Shown: positions 47,867 through 58,711, counted from the stretch's first letter. The stretch: 64,000 nt of DNA from an uncultured Candidatus Saccharibacteria bacterium (GCA_964609765.1 CAZSSD010000001.1:45282-109281), one strand, 5' to 3'. The notes: a model not told the origin generated them from the sequence alone. Program-made: numbers and translations.

Positions 47867-48488
47867 ATCAAAATACACTAAGATTGCCGTTTTTGGCGAC
47901 AGTATTGCCTGGGGCAAAGGTGACACGGAATTGGGCGGTTGGGTTAACCGCCTAAAAATTGAACTCAACCGCCGAAACAGCTATTGCGAAGTGCTGGATG
48001 TTTGTGTACCGGGCGACACTACCCGCAATCTTTTAGCCCGTTTTGAGAGCGAAACAGCGGCCAGGTCGCCCGACATAGTTATCTTCGCGATCGGTATCAA
48101 CGACAGCCAATATATAAAAACACCCGACCGTTTTAAGGTGCCGCCGGACGAGTTTGCCGGAAACATCAAGACGCTTATCGGTCTGGCTCGAAAGTCCACA
48201 AATACTATTGGCATAGTCGGTTTGAGCCGGGTTGACGAATCAAAAACGTGTCCCATTTATTCGACCAGCTGCTACTACACTAATGAGAATGTCAAAAAAT
48301 ACGATCAGATTTTGGCCGAGGCCGCTTCGGCGCAAGGCATCCTTTTTATACCCCTATTCGACATTATCGGGCCGGCAGACCTCCCTGACGGTCTGCACAT
48401 TGCCGCCGCCGGCCATCAGAAAATTAGCGACCAGGTAAAAATGGCGCTGCTGGCGCAATTTCCAAATCTTTTGTATACTAGTGACTAG
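47859..48488 (+). CDS. SGNH/GDSL hydrolase
   Basis: FGDSI..G, GDTT, IGIND, DGLH; GGAG RBS before ATG 47859. Confidence 0.9.
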   Translation: MAKSKYTKIAVFGDSIAWGKGDTELGGWVNRLKIELNRRNSYCEVLDVCVPGDTTRNLLARFESETAARSPDIVIFAIGINDSQYIKTPDRFKVPPDEFAGNIKTLIGLARKSTNTIGIVGLSRVDESKTCPIYSTSCYYTNENVKKYDQILAEAASAQGILFIPLFDIIGPADLPDGLHIAAAGHQKISDQVKMALLAQFPNLLYTSD

Positions 48489-48491
48489 TTT

Positions 48492-50150
48492 ATGGCCGTA
48501 CGCAAAGTAAAGAAAAGCAAAGACAAACCAAAGTATATTTTCGTTGTCGGCGGAGTGATGTCCAGTGTCGGCAAGGGCGTGGCCGCCGCCGCTATCGGCA
48601 AAATACTCCAAGCCAGAGGCTTTCGGGTGGCCAACCTGAAAGCCGATATGTATTTAAATGTGGATGCGGGCACTATTCGCCCGGCCGAGCACGGCGAAGT
48701 TTTTGTGGGCGAAGACGGCATTGAGGCTGACCAGGATTTGGGCAACTACGAGAGGTTCACTGGCCAGGCTTCCACTAAAGACGACTACATTACCAACGGC
48801 CAAATATATCATGAGCTGATCCGGCGCGAGCGCAATCTTGAATTCGCCGGCGAAGATGTTGAGATTGTGCCGCATGTGCCGCTTGAGATTATCCGGCGCA
48901 TCGAGCAGTGCCAAAAAAAGAACAAGGCGGAAATTACAATTGTCGAGCTCGGGGGCACCGTGGGCGAATACCAAGTCCTGCTTTTTTTGGAAGCGGCCCG
49001 CATCATGAAGGCCAGGCAGCCGGCCGACGTCGCTTTTGTTTTGGTAAGCTACTTGCCAACACCCAGTCTTTTGGGCGAGCAAAAATCGAAGCCAACCCAA
49101 TACGCCATACGCACGTTGAACTCGGCTGGTATTAACCCCGACTTTATTATTTGTCGAGCGGAAAAGCCGGTGGCCGAAAACATTAAGCGTACCATTAGCA
49201 CGGTTTGTAGCCTGCCGGCCGAACGCATTATTTCGGCGCCCGACGTCTACTCAATCTATGACGTGCCCCTGATTTTTGACGATCAGAAACTCGATCAAAA
49301 CATTCTTGAACTATTGGGACTAAAGCCTCGCCGGAAAGATTTGGCGGATTGGCGAAAGTTGTCGCGCAAGGTTAGAAATTTGCCAAAGGAAGTGGCCATC
49401 GGCATTGTTGGTAAGTACTTTAATTTTAAATCGGCCAAGGATACTTATATTTCCGTGATCGAAGCTATTCAACACGCGGCTTGGTCGGTTAACCGCAAGC
49501 CCAAAATTGTTTGGCTTGACTCGGAAAAGTACGAGCGCGAGCCCGCGCTTTTAAAGGAATTGAATGATTTCGGCGGTATTATTGTGCCGGGAGGTTTTGG
49601 GGTTCGAGGCGTTGAGGGAAAAATTAAGGCCATCAACTATTGCCGAAAAAATAAAATTCCATATTTCGGATTATGTTACGGCATGCAGTTGGCCGTAATT
49701 GAATACGCGCGCGCTGTTTTGAAGCTGAAGGATGCCCACACCAGTGAGGTTGACGCGCACGCGCGCCATCCGGTCATAGACGTCATGCCCGAGCAAATTG
49801 AGAAGCTGGCTAAAAAAACGTACGGCGCAACCATGCGTTTAGGCGCCTACCCGGCCAACTTGCAGCCGGGCTCAACCGCGGCCAAGGCCTATCAGGCTCT
49901 CAAAATATCCGAGCGCCATCGGCATCGCTACGAAGTTAACCCAAAATATATTGAACGGCTGGAGAAGGCCGGGTTGGTGTTTTCCGGCAAATCGCCGGAC
50001 CGGATCCTCATGGAAATAGCTGAACTTCCCGCCAAAGCGCATCCTTTTTTCCTGGGCACTCAATTTCACCCGGAATTCAAGTCTCGGCCTCTGGCGCCCC
50101 ACCCCTTATTTTTGGCATTTGTTAAGGCCGCTATAAGAAAAAATGTCTAA
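48492..50150 (+). CDS. pyrG: CTP synthase
   Basis: KYIFV.GGV.S..GKG, HGEVFV, D.DLG.YERF, VPGGFG.RG, GLCYGMQ, ERHRHRYE, QFHPEF. Confidence 0.98.
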   Translation: MAVRKVKKSKDKPKYIFVVGGVMSSVGKGVAAAAIGKILQARGFRVANLKADMYLNVDAGTIRPAEHGEVFVGEDGIEADQDLGNYERFTGQASTKDDYITNGQIYHELIRRERNLEFAGEDVEIVPHVPLEIIRRIEQCQKKNKAEITIVELGGTVGEYQVLLFLEAARIMKARQPADVAFVLVSYLPTPSLLGEQKSKPTQYAIRTLNSAGINPDFIICRAEKPVAENIKRTISTVCSLPAERIISAPDVYSIYDVPLIFDDQKLDQNILELLGLKPRRKDLADWRKLSRKVRNLPKEVAIGIVGKYFNFKSAKDTYISVIEAIQHAAWSVNRKPKIVWLDSEKYEREPALLKELNDFGGIIVPGGFGVRGVEGKIKAINYCRKNKIPYFGLCYGMQLAVIEYARAVLKLKDAHTSEVDAHARHPVIDVMPEQIEKLAKKTYGATMRLGAYPANLQPGSTAAKAYQALKISERHRHRYEVNPKYIERLEKAGLVFSGKSPDRILMEIAELPAKAHPFFLGTQFHPEFKSRPLAPHPLFLAFVKAAIRKNV

Positions 50151-50172
50151 ATAGCCGTTGAGGCGCGCTTTT

Positions 50173-50206
50173 ACAACAAAACCCCCTTTGGGGGCTTTTT
50201 TGTTGT
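50173..50206 (+). terminator. Terminator after pyrG
   Basis: ACAACAAAACCCCC-TTT-GGGGGCTTTTTTGTTGT. Confidence 0.7.
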
Positions 50207-50274
50207 GATAAGAGTCCAAGTATGAATGTTTGAATTTTTTAGACAATTATGGTGCGCTGGACACGCAAAACTAA

Positions 50275-51750
50275 ATGAGCAACGCATATTTGAACGATTT
50301 GACCGGCTTTTTTGAATATACATTAACTCCCATGTCTTTTTCACTCGTAACTTTTATTTTAGCCGTTGGTTTTGGCGCCGCGGCCCTTTTATTATTAGTT
50401 AATTTATACCGCAACGGATTTTTGCGGGGAAATATTCTTGGCGTAGCGGTCTCGGTGGTATTTCTGGCGACGGCGATCACATTTTTTTCACACATTTTTT
50501 TGACGCAAAGCAGCGGTTTTTCTTATTGGCTTTATGTTTCGGTAAATATTTTGCTAGCCATGGCCATCTATGGATTTATTCTTTTAAGCCTGAAAAGCCG
50601 CTTTGTGATCGGCGGTTACCACGCCCTGGCGGCGGCCCGCAAAGCTCTGGCCCAGCACGAAAGATGGATGCAAATTATGCAGGAGAGCATGACAGACGGC
50701 CTGGCCGTTTTTTCCACTAACGGCAATTTACTTTATATCAATCCGGCCGCTCTGAACCTTTTGGCCGTATCGGAAACCACGATGACGAGAAGGGCGAATA
50801 TGATGTTCGGGATTGGCTACAAAACCGATCTGGAGATCGCGGATTTCAAATTGCGGGTCTTAAAAAAACATGAGGTTAAAAGCCAAATAGTTATGAATGC
50901 CGGTACCGAACACGAAAAGGTGGTGGAAGTTAAACTTTCGCCGGTCATCAGTAAGTTGCGCAGAGTGATTGCGATCACGGCAACTTATCGCGACGTCACG
51001 GAATTGTATGAGCTCGAGCGCGCTAAGCAAGAATTCATTCAGATTGCCAGCCACGAATTAAGGACGCCCTTGACCGCCGTGCGCGGCTACCTCTCGCTTT
51101 TGCAGATGGATCGCTATGGTAAACTATCGGCCAAACAGCGCGAACTAATCGACAAGGCTTTTTTCGCCTCGGCCAGACTCTCGAAACTCGTCGATAATCT
51201 GCTGGTCGTCGCCCGCATCGAAGAGAACCGGGTTGTTTTTATGCCGGAGCTGGTCGACTTGGACAAAATCGTAGATACGGTCGTGCAGGAGTTAGCCGGG
51301 GAGGCTGATCGCTGTTCTATTAATTTGCGCCGGCTGACAAATGTGAAAAAACTACCGGAAATTTTAGCCGATAAAGAAAAATTGGAACAAATTATCACTA
51401 ATTTGGTCGGGAATGCCATTAAATATACGCCAGCCGGCGGACATATTTTCGTGGAAACACGGCTTAAAAATGGTAATATAGAGTTAAGTGTCAGTGACAC
51501 GGGCGTGGGGATTGCCAAGAGTGACCTGGTAAAATTATTCCGCAAATTTGAGCGTATCAAAAATCAGCGTTCCGTACAGGTTGGCGGTTCCGGCCTGGGC
51601 CTGGTCATTGTTAAGTCTTTTACGGAAATGCATGGCGGCAAGGTTACGGTCAGTTCAAGCGAAGGGCACGGCAGTATTTTTACGATTATTTTGCCGGTTA
51701 AAACCTCGGTCCGGCAGGACCAGCCCATACATCTAAGCGATTATGCCTAA
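50275..51750 (+). CDS. Membrane PAS-domain sensor histidine kinase
   Basis: ASHELRTPLT H-box, NLVGNAIKY N-box, DTGVG, GSGLGL. Confidence 0.93.
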   Translation: MSNAYLNDLTGFFEYTLTPMSFSLVTFILAVGFGAAALLLLVNLYRNGFLRGNILGVAVSVVFLATAITFFSHIFLTQSSGFSYWLYVSVNILLAMAIYGFILLSLKSRFVIGGYHALAAARKALAQHERWMQIMQESMTDGLAVFSTNGNLLYINPAALNLLAVSETTMTRRANMMFGIGYKTDLEIADFKLRVLKKHEVKSQIVMNAGTEHEKVVEVKLSPVISKLRRVIAITATYRDVTELYELERAKQEFIQIASHELRTPLTAVRGYLSLLQMDRYGKLSAKQRELIDKAFFASARLSKLVDNLLVVARIEENRVVFMPELVDLDKIVDTVVQELAGEADRCSINLRRLTNVKKLPEILADKEKLEQIITNLVGNAIKYTPAGGHIFVETRLKNGNIELSVSDTGVGIAKSDLVKLFRKFERIKNQRSVQVGGSGLGLVIVKSFTEMHGGKVTVSSSEGHGSIFTIILPVKTSVRQDQPIHLSDYA

Positions 51751-52108
51751 GAATATTCAAAAAAATATTTTATTGATTGAAGACGACGTCTTGCTTTCGG
51801 AAATGTATGCCATGGTTTTGCAAGATGAGGGTTTTAAGGTCAGCCAGGTTAGAGACGGCAGGGCCGCCATTGCCAAAGATACGCATGACGTGGATTTGGT
51901 TTTGCTTGATATTCGCATACCCGAAGTGGATGGTTTGGAAGTTTTGCGTTTTTACCGGCAGAAAGGATTTAAGAAACCCATTCTGGTTTTGACTAACAGT
52001 CCGCAGGTTAACCTGACGCAAGCCCTTGAGCTCGGCGCCGACGGCTTTATGATTAAAAGCCATACCGATATCGATGAAGTGTTGCGAGTGATATACAAGC
52101 ACATCTAA
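51743..52108 (+). CDS. Single-domain response regulator
   Basis: LLIEDD, LLDIRIP..DG, LTN, GA..F..K. Confidence 0.92.
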   Translation: MPKNIQKNILLIEDDVLLSEMYAMVLQDEGFKVSQVRDGRAAIAKDTHDVDLVLLDIRIPEVDGLEVLRFYRQKGFKKPILVLTNSPQVNLTQALELGADGFMIKSHTDIDEVLRVIYKHI

Positions 52109-52207
52109 CCAAACATAAAAGCTAAAGTTCAAATTGCAGAACTGACGGATCTACTGGACTCTGGTTAGGCCGGGGTTAAATTTGTTATAATAAACATAAG
52201 CATTTAC

Positions 52208-52624
52208 ATGAAACCCAAAACAAAAACAAAAGGCTTTGCCATTATTGATACTATCGTCGCTATTGCTTTAGTCGGTCTGGCGACGATTGTGGTGGGTTTG
52301 ATTTATCCGGGCATGCGCATTTCCGAGCAGAGCCTGGCTCGGGTGCGCGCTTTAAGCATAGCCGAAAAGAAAATGGAAGAATTAAAAGCCGCGCAGTTCG
52401 AGGCTTTAGCCCTCGCCGCCAATACCGCTTTTTCGGATGCTGATTTAAACAAGTTAAAAAACGGATCAGCCCTTTACTCGGTGACGGCCCATGACGGCGA
52501 TAATGACGGCAATGTTGAGAATGATCTTAAAAAAATAACCGTGACGGTGAACTGGACTTATCAAAGTGAGAGTAAGGCTGTGACTCTAAATAGTTTGGTC
52601 AGTAAATATGGTTTGGCAAAGTAA
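52208..52624 (+). CDS. Type IV pilin-like protein (PilV/GspI-like)
   Basis: KG|FAIIDTIV prepilin-like N-terminus; KKITVTV.W. Confidence 0.75.
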   Translation: MKPKTKTKGFAIIDTIVAIALVGLATIVVGLIYPGMRISEQSLARVRALSIAEKKMEELKAAQFEALALAANTAFSDADLNKLKNGSALYSVTAHDGDNDGNVENDLKKITVTVNWTYQSESKAVTLNSLVSKYGLAK

Positions 52625-53189
52625 GATAGAGAATACTAAAAATGGTTTTACTTTGGTCGAGGTGTTGGTTGTGATTGTCTTGCTTGGCATTATTGTCATT
52701 GGCGTGAGCGGCCTTTACCTTGGGCAGATTAGATTGACTGGCAATGAGTTTAAAGAGAGCGAAGTTGAAATCAAAACGGCCGCTGTTTTAAACGATATTT
52801 TCCGTATTGCCAACCAGGCCACCACCATACTTGCGTCCGCGACCATTAATAGCAATAACTACCTAACTGGCCCCAACACGGTGGTGCTTTCCCTGCCCAG
52901 TCTTGACGGGGCCAACAACGCCATTGAAGGTTCTGATGACATTTTAGTATACCGAAAAAATGCCGGTAGCGACCTGGAGCTGATTATTGATCCCGCGGCC
53001 GGGAGCAGCCGGACGGCGGGCGCTAAGATTATGCTTAGCGACATCGCCGATCTTGAGTTTGGCTATGAAAACGAATTAGATCCGGTTCAAAGCGGGTGGC
53101 TAAACGTTAAGATCAGCCAAAATGTGGAACTTTCAACAGGCAGCAAAAGTCTTGACCTGACTTACACTATTGTCTTGAAAAATAAATAA
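52608..53189 (+). CDS. Type IV pilin-like protein (PilW/GspJ-like)
   Basis: NG|FTLVEVLV prepilin cleavage/methylation motif. Confidence 0.85.
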   Translation: MVWQSKIENTKNGFTLVEVLVVIVLLGIIVIGVSGLYLGQIRLTGNEFKESEVEIKTAAVLNDIFRIANQATTILASATINSNNYLTGPNTVVLSLPSLDGANNAIEGSDDILVYRKNAGSDLELIIDPAAGSSRTAGAKIMLSDIADLEFGYENELDPVQSGWLNVKISQNVELSTGSKSLDLTYTIVLKNK

Positions 53190-54479
53190 ATGGATTTACG
53201 ATATAGGCCAGCACAGAGAGGATATGCCACTTTGATCGCCGTGGTTTTTGTGAGCATTATGCTGATAATCGCCCTGGGCTTTTTAAATTATGTTTTTTCA
53301 GCGCGCAAATCGGCAGTTAATATCACGAGTGGTGTTCAGGCGCGCTATCTCGCCGAAACGGGATTAGAGAAGGCAGTTTGGCAGTTAAACCAGGATGATG
53401 GCTTTGCCGGAGAAAGCGCTGTTGACTTTGGCGGCGGCCAGTATACAACCGTCATTACGGCCGTCGATAGCAACACTAAAAAAGTTGCGGCCACGGGCGC
53501 GGTGCCCAGTTTTAATTCAAATCGTTCCATTCAGCAAAGTTTATCGGCCCTGGTCAGCATTGATAAAAATTTAATTGCTTTTAATTACGCCGTTCAAGTG
53601 GGTGAGGGCGGTTTTCATCTCGAAAACAATGCCACCATTGAGGGCAACATTTATGCCAACGGCGCCATTATCGGAACGGGCGGAAACATTATCACGGGCG
53701 ACGCTATCTCTGCCGGCAATAATGGTAAAATAGAGGGCGGCAACGGTGCCAACAAAATTCAAGTTACGGGCCATGCGCGCGCCAAAGAGTTAAAAAATTG
53801 CCAGGTGGGGGGTAATGGCTATTATCAAATCATTAGCAGCTGTACAATTGGCGGGACCGCCAGTCCGGGCTCGCCCAATCCGGAAACGCGTGATTTGCCG
53901 GTAACCACAGAGCAAATCAATCAATGGAAGGCCGACGCAGAAGCGGGCGGCATCAATAACGGCGATCTGACCATTAACAATAATGCGACTTTGGGCCCGA
54001 AAAAAGTAGCCGGTAATTTAGTGGTTGGCAGTAATGTGACCCTCACCTTAACGGGACGGGTCTGGGTGACAGGGCAGATAACCATGAATAACGGCGCCAT
54101 TTTGGAGTTAACTGAATCTTACGAGGATGATTCCGAAGTTATTTTGGCTGACGGCAGAATTGTCATCAATAACAATGTCGTCATTCGCGGTACATCAGAT
54201 CCCGAGAGTTATATAATTGTGCTGTCGGAATCAAGTTCATTGGATCAAAATTCGCCGGCCGTAGACGTCAATAATAATACTTCGTCGGCGCTTTTTTATG
54301 CGCGGTTTGGCGTGGTAAGATTGCGTAATAATGTTGAGATTGCCGCGGTCACGGCAAATAAGGTCTGGATGGATCAAAATGTGAACTTGGTTTATAGCGC
54401 GGGCTTGGCCGACGCGTCGTTTAGCTCGGGGCCGGGCGCCGCTTGGGCTTTTGCGCCCGGCACTTATGTTAGTGAATGA
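53190..54479 (+). CDS. PilX-like minor pilin with Asn/Gly-rich beta-helix-like C-terminus
   Basis: RG|YATLI, QA.YLAE.GLE.A, repeated I.GN.Y.NG and NNN.. units. Confidence 0.75.
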   Translation: MDLRYRPAQRGYATLIAVVFVSIMLIIALGFLNYVFSARKSAVNITSGVQARYLAETGLEKAVWQLNQDDGFAGESAVDFGGGQYTTVITAVDSNTKKVAATGAVPSFNSNRSIQQSLSALVSIDKNLIAFNYAVQVGEGGFHLENNATIEGNIYANGAIIGTGGNIITGDAISAGNNGKIEGGNGANKIQVTGHARAKELKNCQVGGNGYYQIISSCTIGGTASPGSPNPETRDLPVTTEQINQWKADAEAGGINNGDLTINNNATLGPKKVAGNLVVGSNVTLTLTGRVWVTGQITMNNGAILELTESYEDDSEVILADGRIVINNNVVIRGTSDPESYIIVLSESSSLDQNSPAVDVNNNTSSALFYARFGVVRLRNNVEIAAVTANKVWMDQNVNLVYSAGLADASFSSGPGAAWAFAPGTYVSE

Positions 54480-54531
54480 TTACATAGACAAGAAGTCCGA
54501 ATGCCCTATGATATAATAACCAATTCAGTTT

Positions 54532-54558
54532 CTAGCACTCTATTGACTGGAGTGCCAG
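54532..54558 (+). promoter_or_regulatory. CIRCE element (HrcA operator) upstream of lon
   Basis: CTAGCACTC-N9-GAGTGCCAG versus consensus TTAGCACTC-N9-GAGTGCTAA. Confidence 0.8.
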
Positions 54559-54577
54559 AAGGCCATAAAATAGTCAT

Positions 54578-56962
54578 ATGCCGACATCCGCCCAAAACGA
54601 ATCAACACAATCTCTCCCCTTGATCCCTTTGCGGGATACTGTTTTGTTTCCGGAAATGTCTCTCCCCGTCGTGGTTGGCCGCAGTAAATCATTGGCGGCT
54701 TTAAAGGCGGGTCTTAACGAGGGCCGCCAGGTCATTTTGACGAGTCAAAAAAATCCGGATGTGGAAGACCCTGTTTTAAAAGATCTCTACCAGGTTGGTG
54801 TTCTCGCCAAAGTCTTGGATGTTTCACCTTTGGATCAGGAACCGGTGCAGGCTTATGTTGAAGTGACTGAACGCGTCAAGATAGGCGAGGTGGTTTTAGA
54901 CGATCCATATCTCGAAGCAACCTTCCAAATTTTAAAAAGCCTGCCGCATGAAGCAAGCCCCGAAGTCGAAGCCTTAGCCCGAAGTGTTAAGGAGCGTTTT
55001 CAGGAAGTGGTTTTTATCGGCAAAACCGTACCGCTGGAACTGACTTTTGGCGTCTTAAAAGAAGGCGTTGAACCGGAAAAACTGTCTTATATTTTGCCGC
55101 AGGTCTTAAACCTCTCGGTTGAAGATAAGCAGGAAATATTGGAAACATTGGATGTGGCGAAGCGGTTGCGCTTAATCATGCAGCTTTTGAGCAAAGAATT
55201 GGAAGTTATCAACGTACAGGAGAAAGTTAAAAAAGAAACCACCGAGCAGCTTTCCAAAATGCAAAGGGAGGTGATTCTGCGCGAGCAGCTTAAGGCTATT
55301 GAAAAAGAACTGGGTATTCAGGACGAGCGTGAAGACTATCTGGAATTGGCCAAAAAGATCAGTGAAGCCGGTATGCCCAAGGAGGTCGAGCAAAAAGCCA
55401 AAAACGAATTGGCCCGGCTGCGCAAAATGACTTCATTATCACCGGAGGCCTCGTATATCCGCACTTATTTGGAATGGCTGGTCGATTTGCCTTGGAGTAA
55501 ACAGACTTCAACCGCGATCGATATCGAGAAGGCCAAGGATATTTTGGAAAGGGATCATTATGGTCTGGAAAAAGTCAAAGAGCGTATTTTGGAATACCTG
55601 GCCGTTCAAAAGCTCTCGAATAAGCTGAAGGGTCCAATTTTATGTTTCTTTGGTCCGCCCGGTGTGGGTAAGACTTCAATCGGTCAGTCAATCGCTAAAT
55701 CACTGAACCGCAAATTTGTGCGAGTTTCTTTGGGCGGTGTGCGCGATGAAGCCGAAATCCGCGGCCATCGGCGTACTTATGTGGGCGCGTTGCCCGGCCG
55801 CATCATTCAGGGCATCAAAAACGCGGGTACCAATAATCCGGTGTTTATGCTCGATGAAATTGATAAGGTCGGCGCCGATTTTCGCGGTGATCCGTCTTCG
55901 GCCTTGTTGGAAACCCTGGACCCGGAACAGAACAACACTTTTTCCGATCATTATCTGGAAGTACCTTTTGATCTTTCTAACGTTTTGTTCATTACGACCG
56001 CCAACACTCTGGACACCATCCCTCCGGCCCTGCGTGATCGTTTGGAAGTTATAGAATTTACGGGTTATACCATCAATGAAAAAGAGGCGATTGCCAAGCA
56101 GTATTTATGGCCCAAGGTTGTGGAAAGCCATGGTCTTGACGCTGGCCTTAAGCTTGCCGATGAAGCTTTGCAGCTGGTGGTGGTCAAATACACCAAGGAA
56201 GCCGGTGTTAGAAATTTAGAGAGACTGTTAGCGACCGTGGCCAGAAAACTGGCTCGCCAGAAAGTAGAGGGTAAAGAACTGCCCGAAGAAATTACGCCGG
56301 ATATTGTGCGCGAAAGTTTGGGAGCGGAAAAATTTCCAGAAACGCTTTCCCAAGCGACCGATGAGGTGGGTGTTTCTACCGGCCTCGCTTGGACGCAGGC
56401 AGGCGGTGAAATCCTATTTATTGAGGCCAATTTGATGCCAGGCAAGGGTAACCTGCTTTTGACGGGCCAACTGGGCGACGTGATGAAGGAATCGGCCCAG
56501 GCGGCGCTTTCCTATATACGCTCAAGGGCTACGGATTTAGGGCTTGAAGAGCATTTTTTGGAAAAAAAGGACGTTCATGTCCACGTGCCCGCCGGCGCCA
56601 TACCTAAGGATGGCCCTTCGGCAGGCATTGCTATCGCCACGGCCATCGCTTCGGCGGTTACTAAAATGCCAGTCAGAAAAGAAGTCGGTTTAACCGGCGA
56701 AGTGACTATTCGCGGCCGCGCTTTGGAGATCGGCGGTATTAAGGAAAAGTTGATTGCCGCTTCCCGCGCGGGCGTGAAAGAAGTAATCATACCGGCCGAA
56801 AATAAGAAAAATCTTGAAGATGTGCCGGCAGACGTGCTGAACAAACTCAAAATTCATTGTGTTGAAAATATGGATGAAGTTCTGCCGCTGGCGTTCTTGA
56901 AAAAAACCAGCAGATCGCGAAGCGAGAGCTCGTCATCCACCAAGACGCAGCCAATGGTTTAG
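54578..56962 (+). CDS. lon: ATP-dependent protease Lon
   Basis: [49 protein letters not shown]. Confidence 0.98.
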   Translation: MPTSAQNESTQSLPLIPLRDTVLFPEMSLPVVVGRSKSLAALKAGLNEGRQVILTSQKNPDVEDPVLKDLYQVGVLAKVLDVSPLDQEPVQAYVEVTERVKIGEVVLDDPYLEATFQILKSLPHEASPEVEALARSVKERFQEVVFIGKTVPLELTFGVLKEGVEPEKLSYILPQVLNLSVEDKQEILETLDVAKRLRLIMQLLSKELEVINVQEKVKKETTEQLSKMQREVILREQLKAIEKELGIQDEREDYLELAKKISEAGMPKEVEQKAKNELARLRKMTSLSPEASYIRTYLEWLVDLPWSKQTSTAIDIEKAKDILERDHYGLEKVKERILEYLAVQKLSNKLKGPILCFFGPPGVGKTSIGQSIAKSLNRKFVRVSLGGVRDEAEIRGHRRTYVGALPGRIIQGIKNAGTNNPVFMLDEIDKVGADFRGDPSSALLETLDPEQNNTFSDHYLEVPFDLSNVLFITTANTLDTIPPALRDRLEVIEFTGYTINEKEAIAKQYLWPKVVESHGLDAGLKLADEALQLVVVKYTKEAGVRNLERLLATVARKLARQKVEGKELPEEITPDIVRESLGAEKFPETLSQATDEVGVSTGLAWTQAGGEILFIEANLMPGKGNLLLTGQLGDVMKESAQAALSYIRSRATDLGLEEHFLEKKDVHVHVPAGAIPKDGPSAGIAIATAIASAVTKMPVRKEVGLTGEVTIRGRALEIGGIKEKLIAASRAGVKEVIIPAENKKNLEDVPADVLNKLKIHCVENMDEVLPLAFLKKTSRSRSESSSSTKTQPMV

Positions 56963-57005
56963 GGCTTTGGGTAAAGCCTGCCGGACATGCTAAAATAAAA
57001 AGGCA

Positions 57006-57149
57006 ATGATCGGATATATCATAAGCGGTGTGCTTATAGCTTTATACGTTTTTCTGACCCTGGCTTTTCAGATCCAGTCTGGTTTTGTGGCTTTGCTTTT
57101 GCCTTTGGGTTTTTTAGTTCTCGGTGTCACCATGTTTTTCCCTCGGTAG
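57006..57149 (+). CDS. Small 2-TM membrane protein (47 aa; not in ORF track)
   Basis: MIGYIISGVLIALYVFLTLAFQIQSGFVALLLPLGFLVLGVTMFFPR; TGCTAAAAT -10 just upstream. Confidence 0.55.
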   Translation: MIGYIISGVLIALYVFLTLAFQIQSGFVALLLPLGFLVLGVTMFFPR

Positions 57150-57175
57150 GGCGCGCCCAGTATTACTGGGTGTGG

Positions 57176-57204
57176 ATGACTTACTTGCGTCATTGTGGTA
57201 CCAT
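57176..57204 (+). promoter_or_regulatory. Putative promoter for structured leader and small ORF
   Basis: ATGACT-17nt-TACCAT with TG extension. Confidence 0.45.
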
Positions 57205-57412
57205 AGATTTGCAAACAAAAGGTTTGCAAAAAAGAGGGACAAGCCCCCATACCACTTTTTACGCAGTCGATTGAAAGTTGGTATGGGGGCTGTCTTTAAC
57301 TCGGGAGGAGACACCTGCGGTTTCTCCTCCAGCGGTCCTCCACTTCCCTTAGTGGTTTCACTCGAACTGGCAAAGCCAGATTCTCGCGACCAATTATTAG
57401 TTGAGAGTCCCA

Positions 57413-57574
57413 ATGAACAGTAAGATCAAACCTTATTTTACTTACATAATAATCTTTGCGGTAACTTACTTAATTGCGGGTCTGCTGACGCCGGTTTTTG
57501 CGGATATGACTTTTGCCTCTTTTATCGACAATGTGGGTAGAGGCATCAGCGCCGCTTCAGCCGGAGTACGTTAA
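57413..57574 (+). CDS. Small single-TM protein (53 aa; not in ORF track)
   Basis: MNSKIKPYFTYIIIFAVTYLIAGLLTPVFADMTFASFIDNVGRGISAASAGVR. Confidence 0.5.
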   Translation: MNSKIKPYFTYIIIFAVTYLIAGLLTPVFADMTFASFIDNVGRGISAASAGVR

Positions 57575-57587
57575 AAGATTATTTAGG

Positions 57588-57727
57588 GAATAGGCTAGTC
57601 CCTCGAGAAAAACGTCGCGCAGGGCGAGCTGCTAGGCTTCGATGAAGTCGAAAGCGAGCCCGAGCGAGAAGAAAAACTTGCCGCAGAGCAAGTTTATTCT
57701 GTTTTTTCGAGAGGAGCTAGACTATTC
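57588..57727 (-). repeat. Structured MITE/REP-like repeat, copy A
   Basis: Imperfect terminal inverted repeats GAATAGGCTAG...CTAGACTATTC; its reverse complement aligns with 58720-58848. Confidence 0.7.
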
Positions 57728-57784
57728 TTTTTAAGGGTAATTTGAGAATAAATATTTTTACACTATAATGATCTAGTAATATAT

Positions 57785-58705
57785 ATGATAGAACGAAATT
57801 TGATTATTATTGGTTCGGGACCGGCCGGGCTAACCGCCGCCATCTATGCGGCGCGAGCCAATTTATCGCCGCTGGTTATCTCTGGATTGCAACCCGGTGG
57901 GCAGTTAACCCAAACCACGGAAGTGGAAAACTACCCGGGTTTCCCCGAAGGCATTCTAGGGCCGGAATTAATGGACAAGTTTAAAAAGCAGGCCGGCCGT
58001 TTTGGCGCTGAATTTGTCGATAGCGCCGTAGAAAGCGTAGATTTCGCAAGGCAGCCTTTTAAGGTAAAGGTGGCTGCTACGGAGTATAGCGCCAAGGCAG
58101 TTATTATTGCCACTGGCGCTTCCTCAATCTGGTTAGGTTTGCCTAAAGAGCAAGAATTAATAGGGCACGGCGTTTCATCCTGCGCCACCTGTGATGGCTT
58201 CTTTTTCCGGAATAAGGACATAATTGTGGTGGGTGGGGGCGACAGCGCCATGGAAGAGGCCACTTATTTAAGCAAATTTGTCAAAAGTATTAAAGTTGTG
58301 CATCGCCGCGGCGAACTAAAAGCCAGCAAAATTATGCAGGAGCGGGCCATGAATGACCCTAAAATTTCTTTTATCTGGAATACGGTGGTAGAAGAGTTGG
58401 TGGGCGATACTAAACTAGCGGGCGTCAAGCTGCGCAACGTGGAAACCAATAAAATTACGGAAATGCCGATCGATGGAATGTTTGTGGCTATCGGACATAA
58501 GCCCAACACCGGGGTGTTCAAGGGCCAGATAGATTTAGATGAGGTAAAAGGTTATATTAAAGTCCATGATCATACCAGGACCAACATTGAGGGCGTTTTT
58601 GTGGCGGGGGATGTGCATGACCATCATTACCGCCAGGCCGTGACCGCGGCCGGCTTTGGCTGCATGGCGGCGATGGACGCGGAGAAGTATCTGGGCTCGC
58701 GTTAG
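57785..58705 (+). CDS. trxB: Thioredoxin-disulfide reductase
   Basis: IIGSGPAG.TAAIY, GGQL..T.EVENYPGF, CATCDG, GGGDSA.EEA, AGDV, RQAVTAAG.G. Confidence 0.97.
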   Translation: MIERNLIIIGSGPAGLTAAIYAARANLSPLVISGLQPGGQLTQTTEVENYPGFPEGILGPELMDKFKKQAGRFGAEFVDSAVESVDFARQPFKVKVAATEYSAKAVIIATGASSIWLGLPKEQELIGHGVSSCATCDGFFFRNKDIIVVGGGDSAMEEATYLSKFVKSIKVVHRRGELKASKIMQERAMNDPKISFIWNTVVEELVGDTKLAGVKLRNVETNKITEMPIDGMFVAIGHKPNTGVFKGQIDLDEVKGYIKVHDHTRTNIEGVFVAGDVHDHHYRQAVTAAGFGCMAAMDAEKYLGSR

Positions 58706-58711
58706 CCTGTC

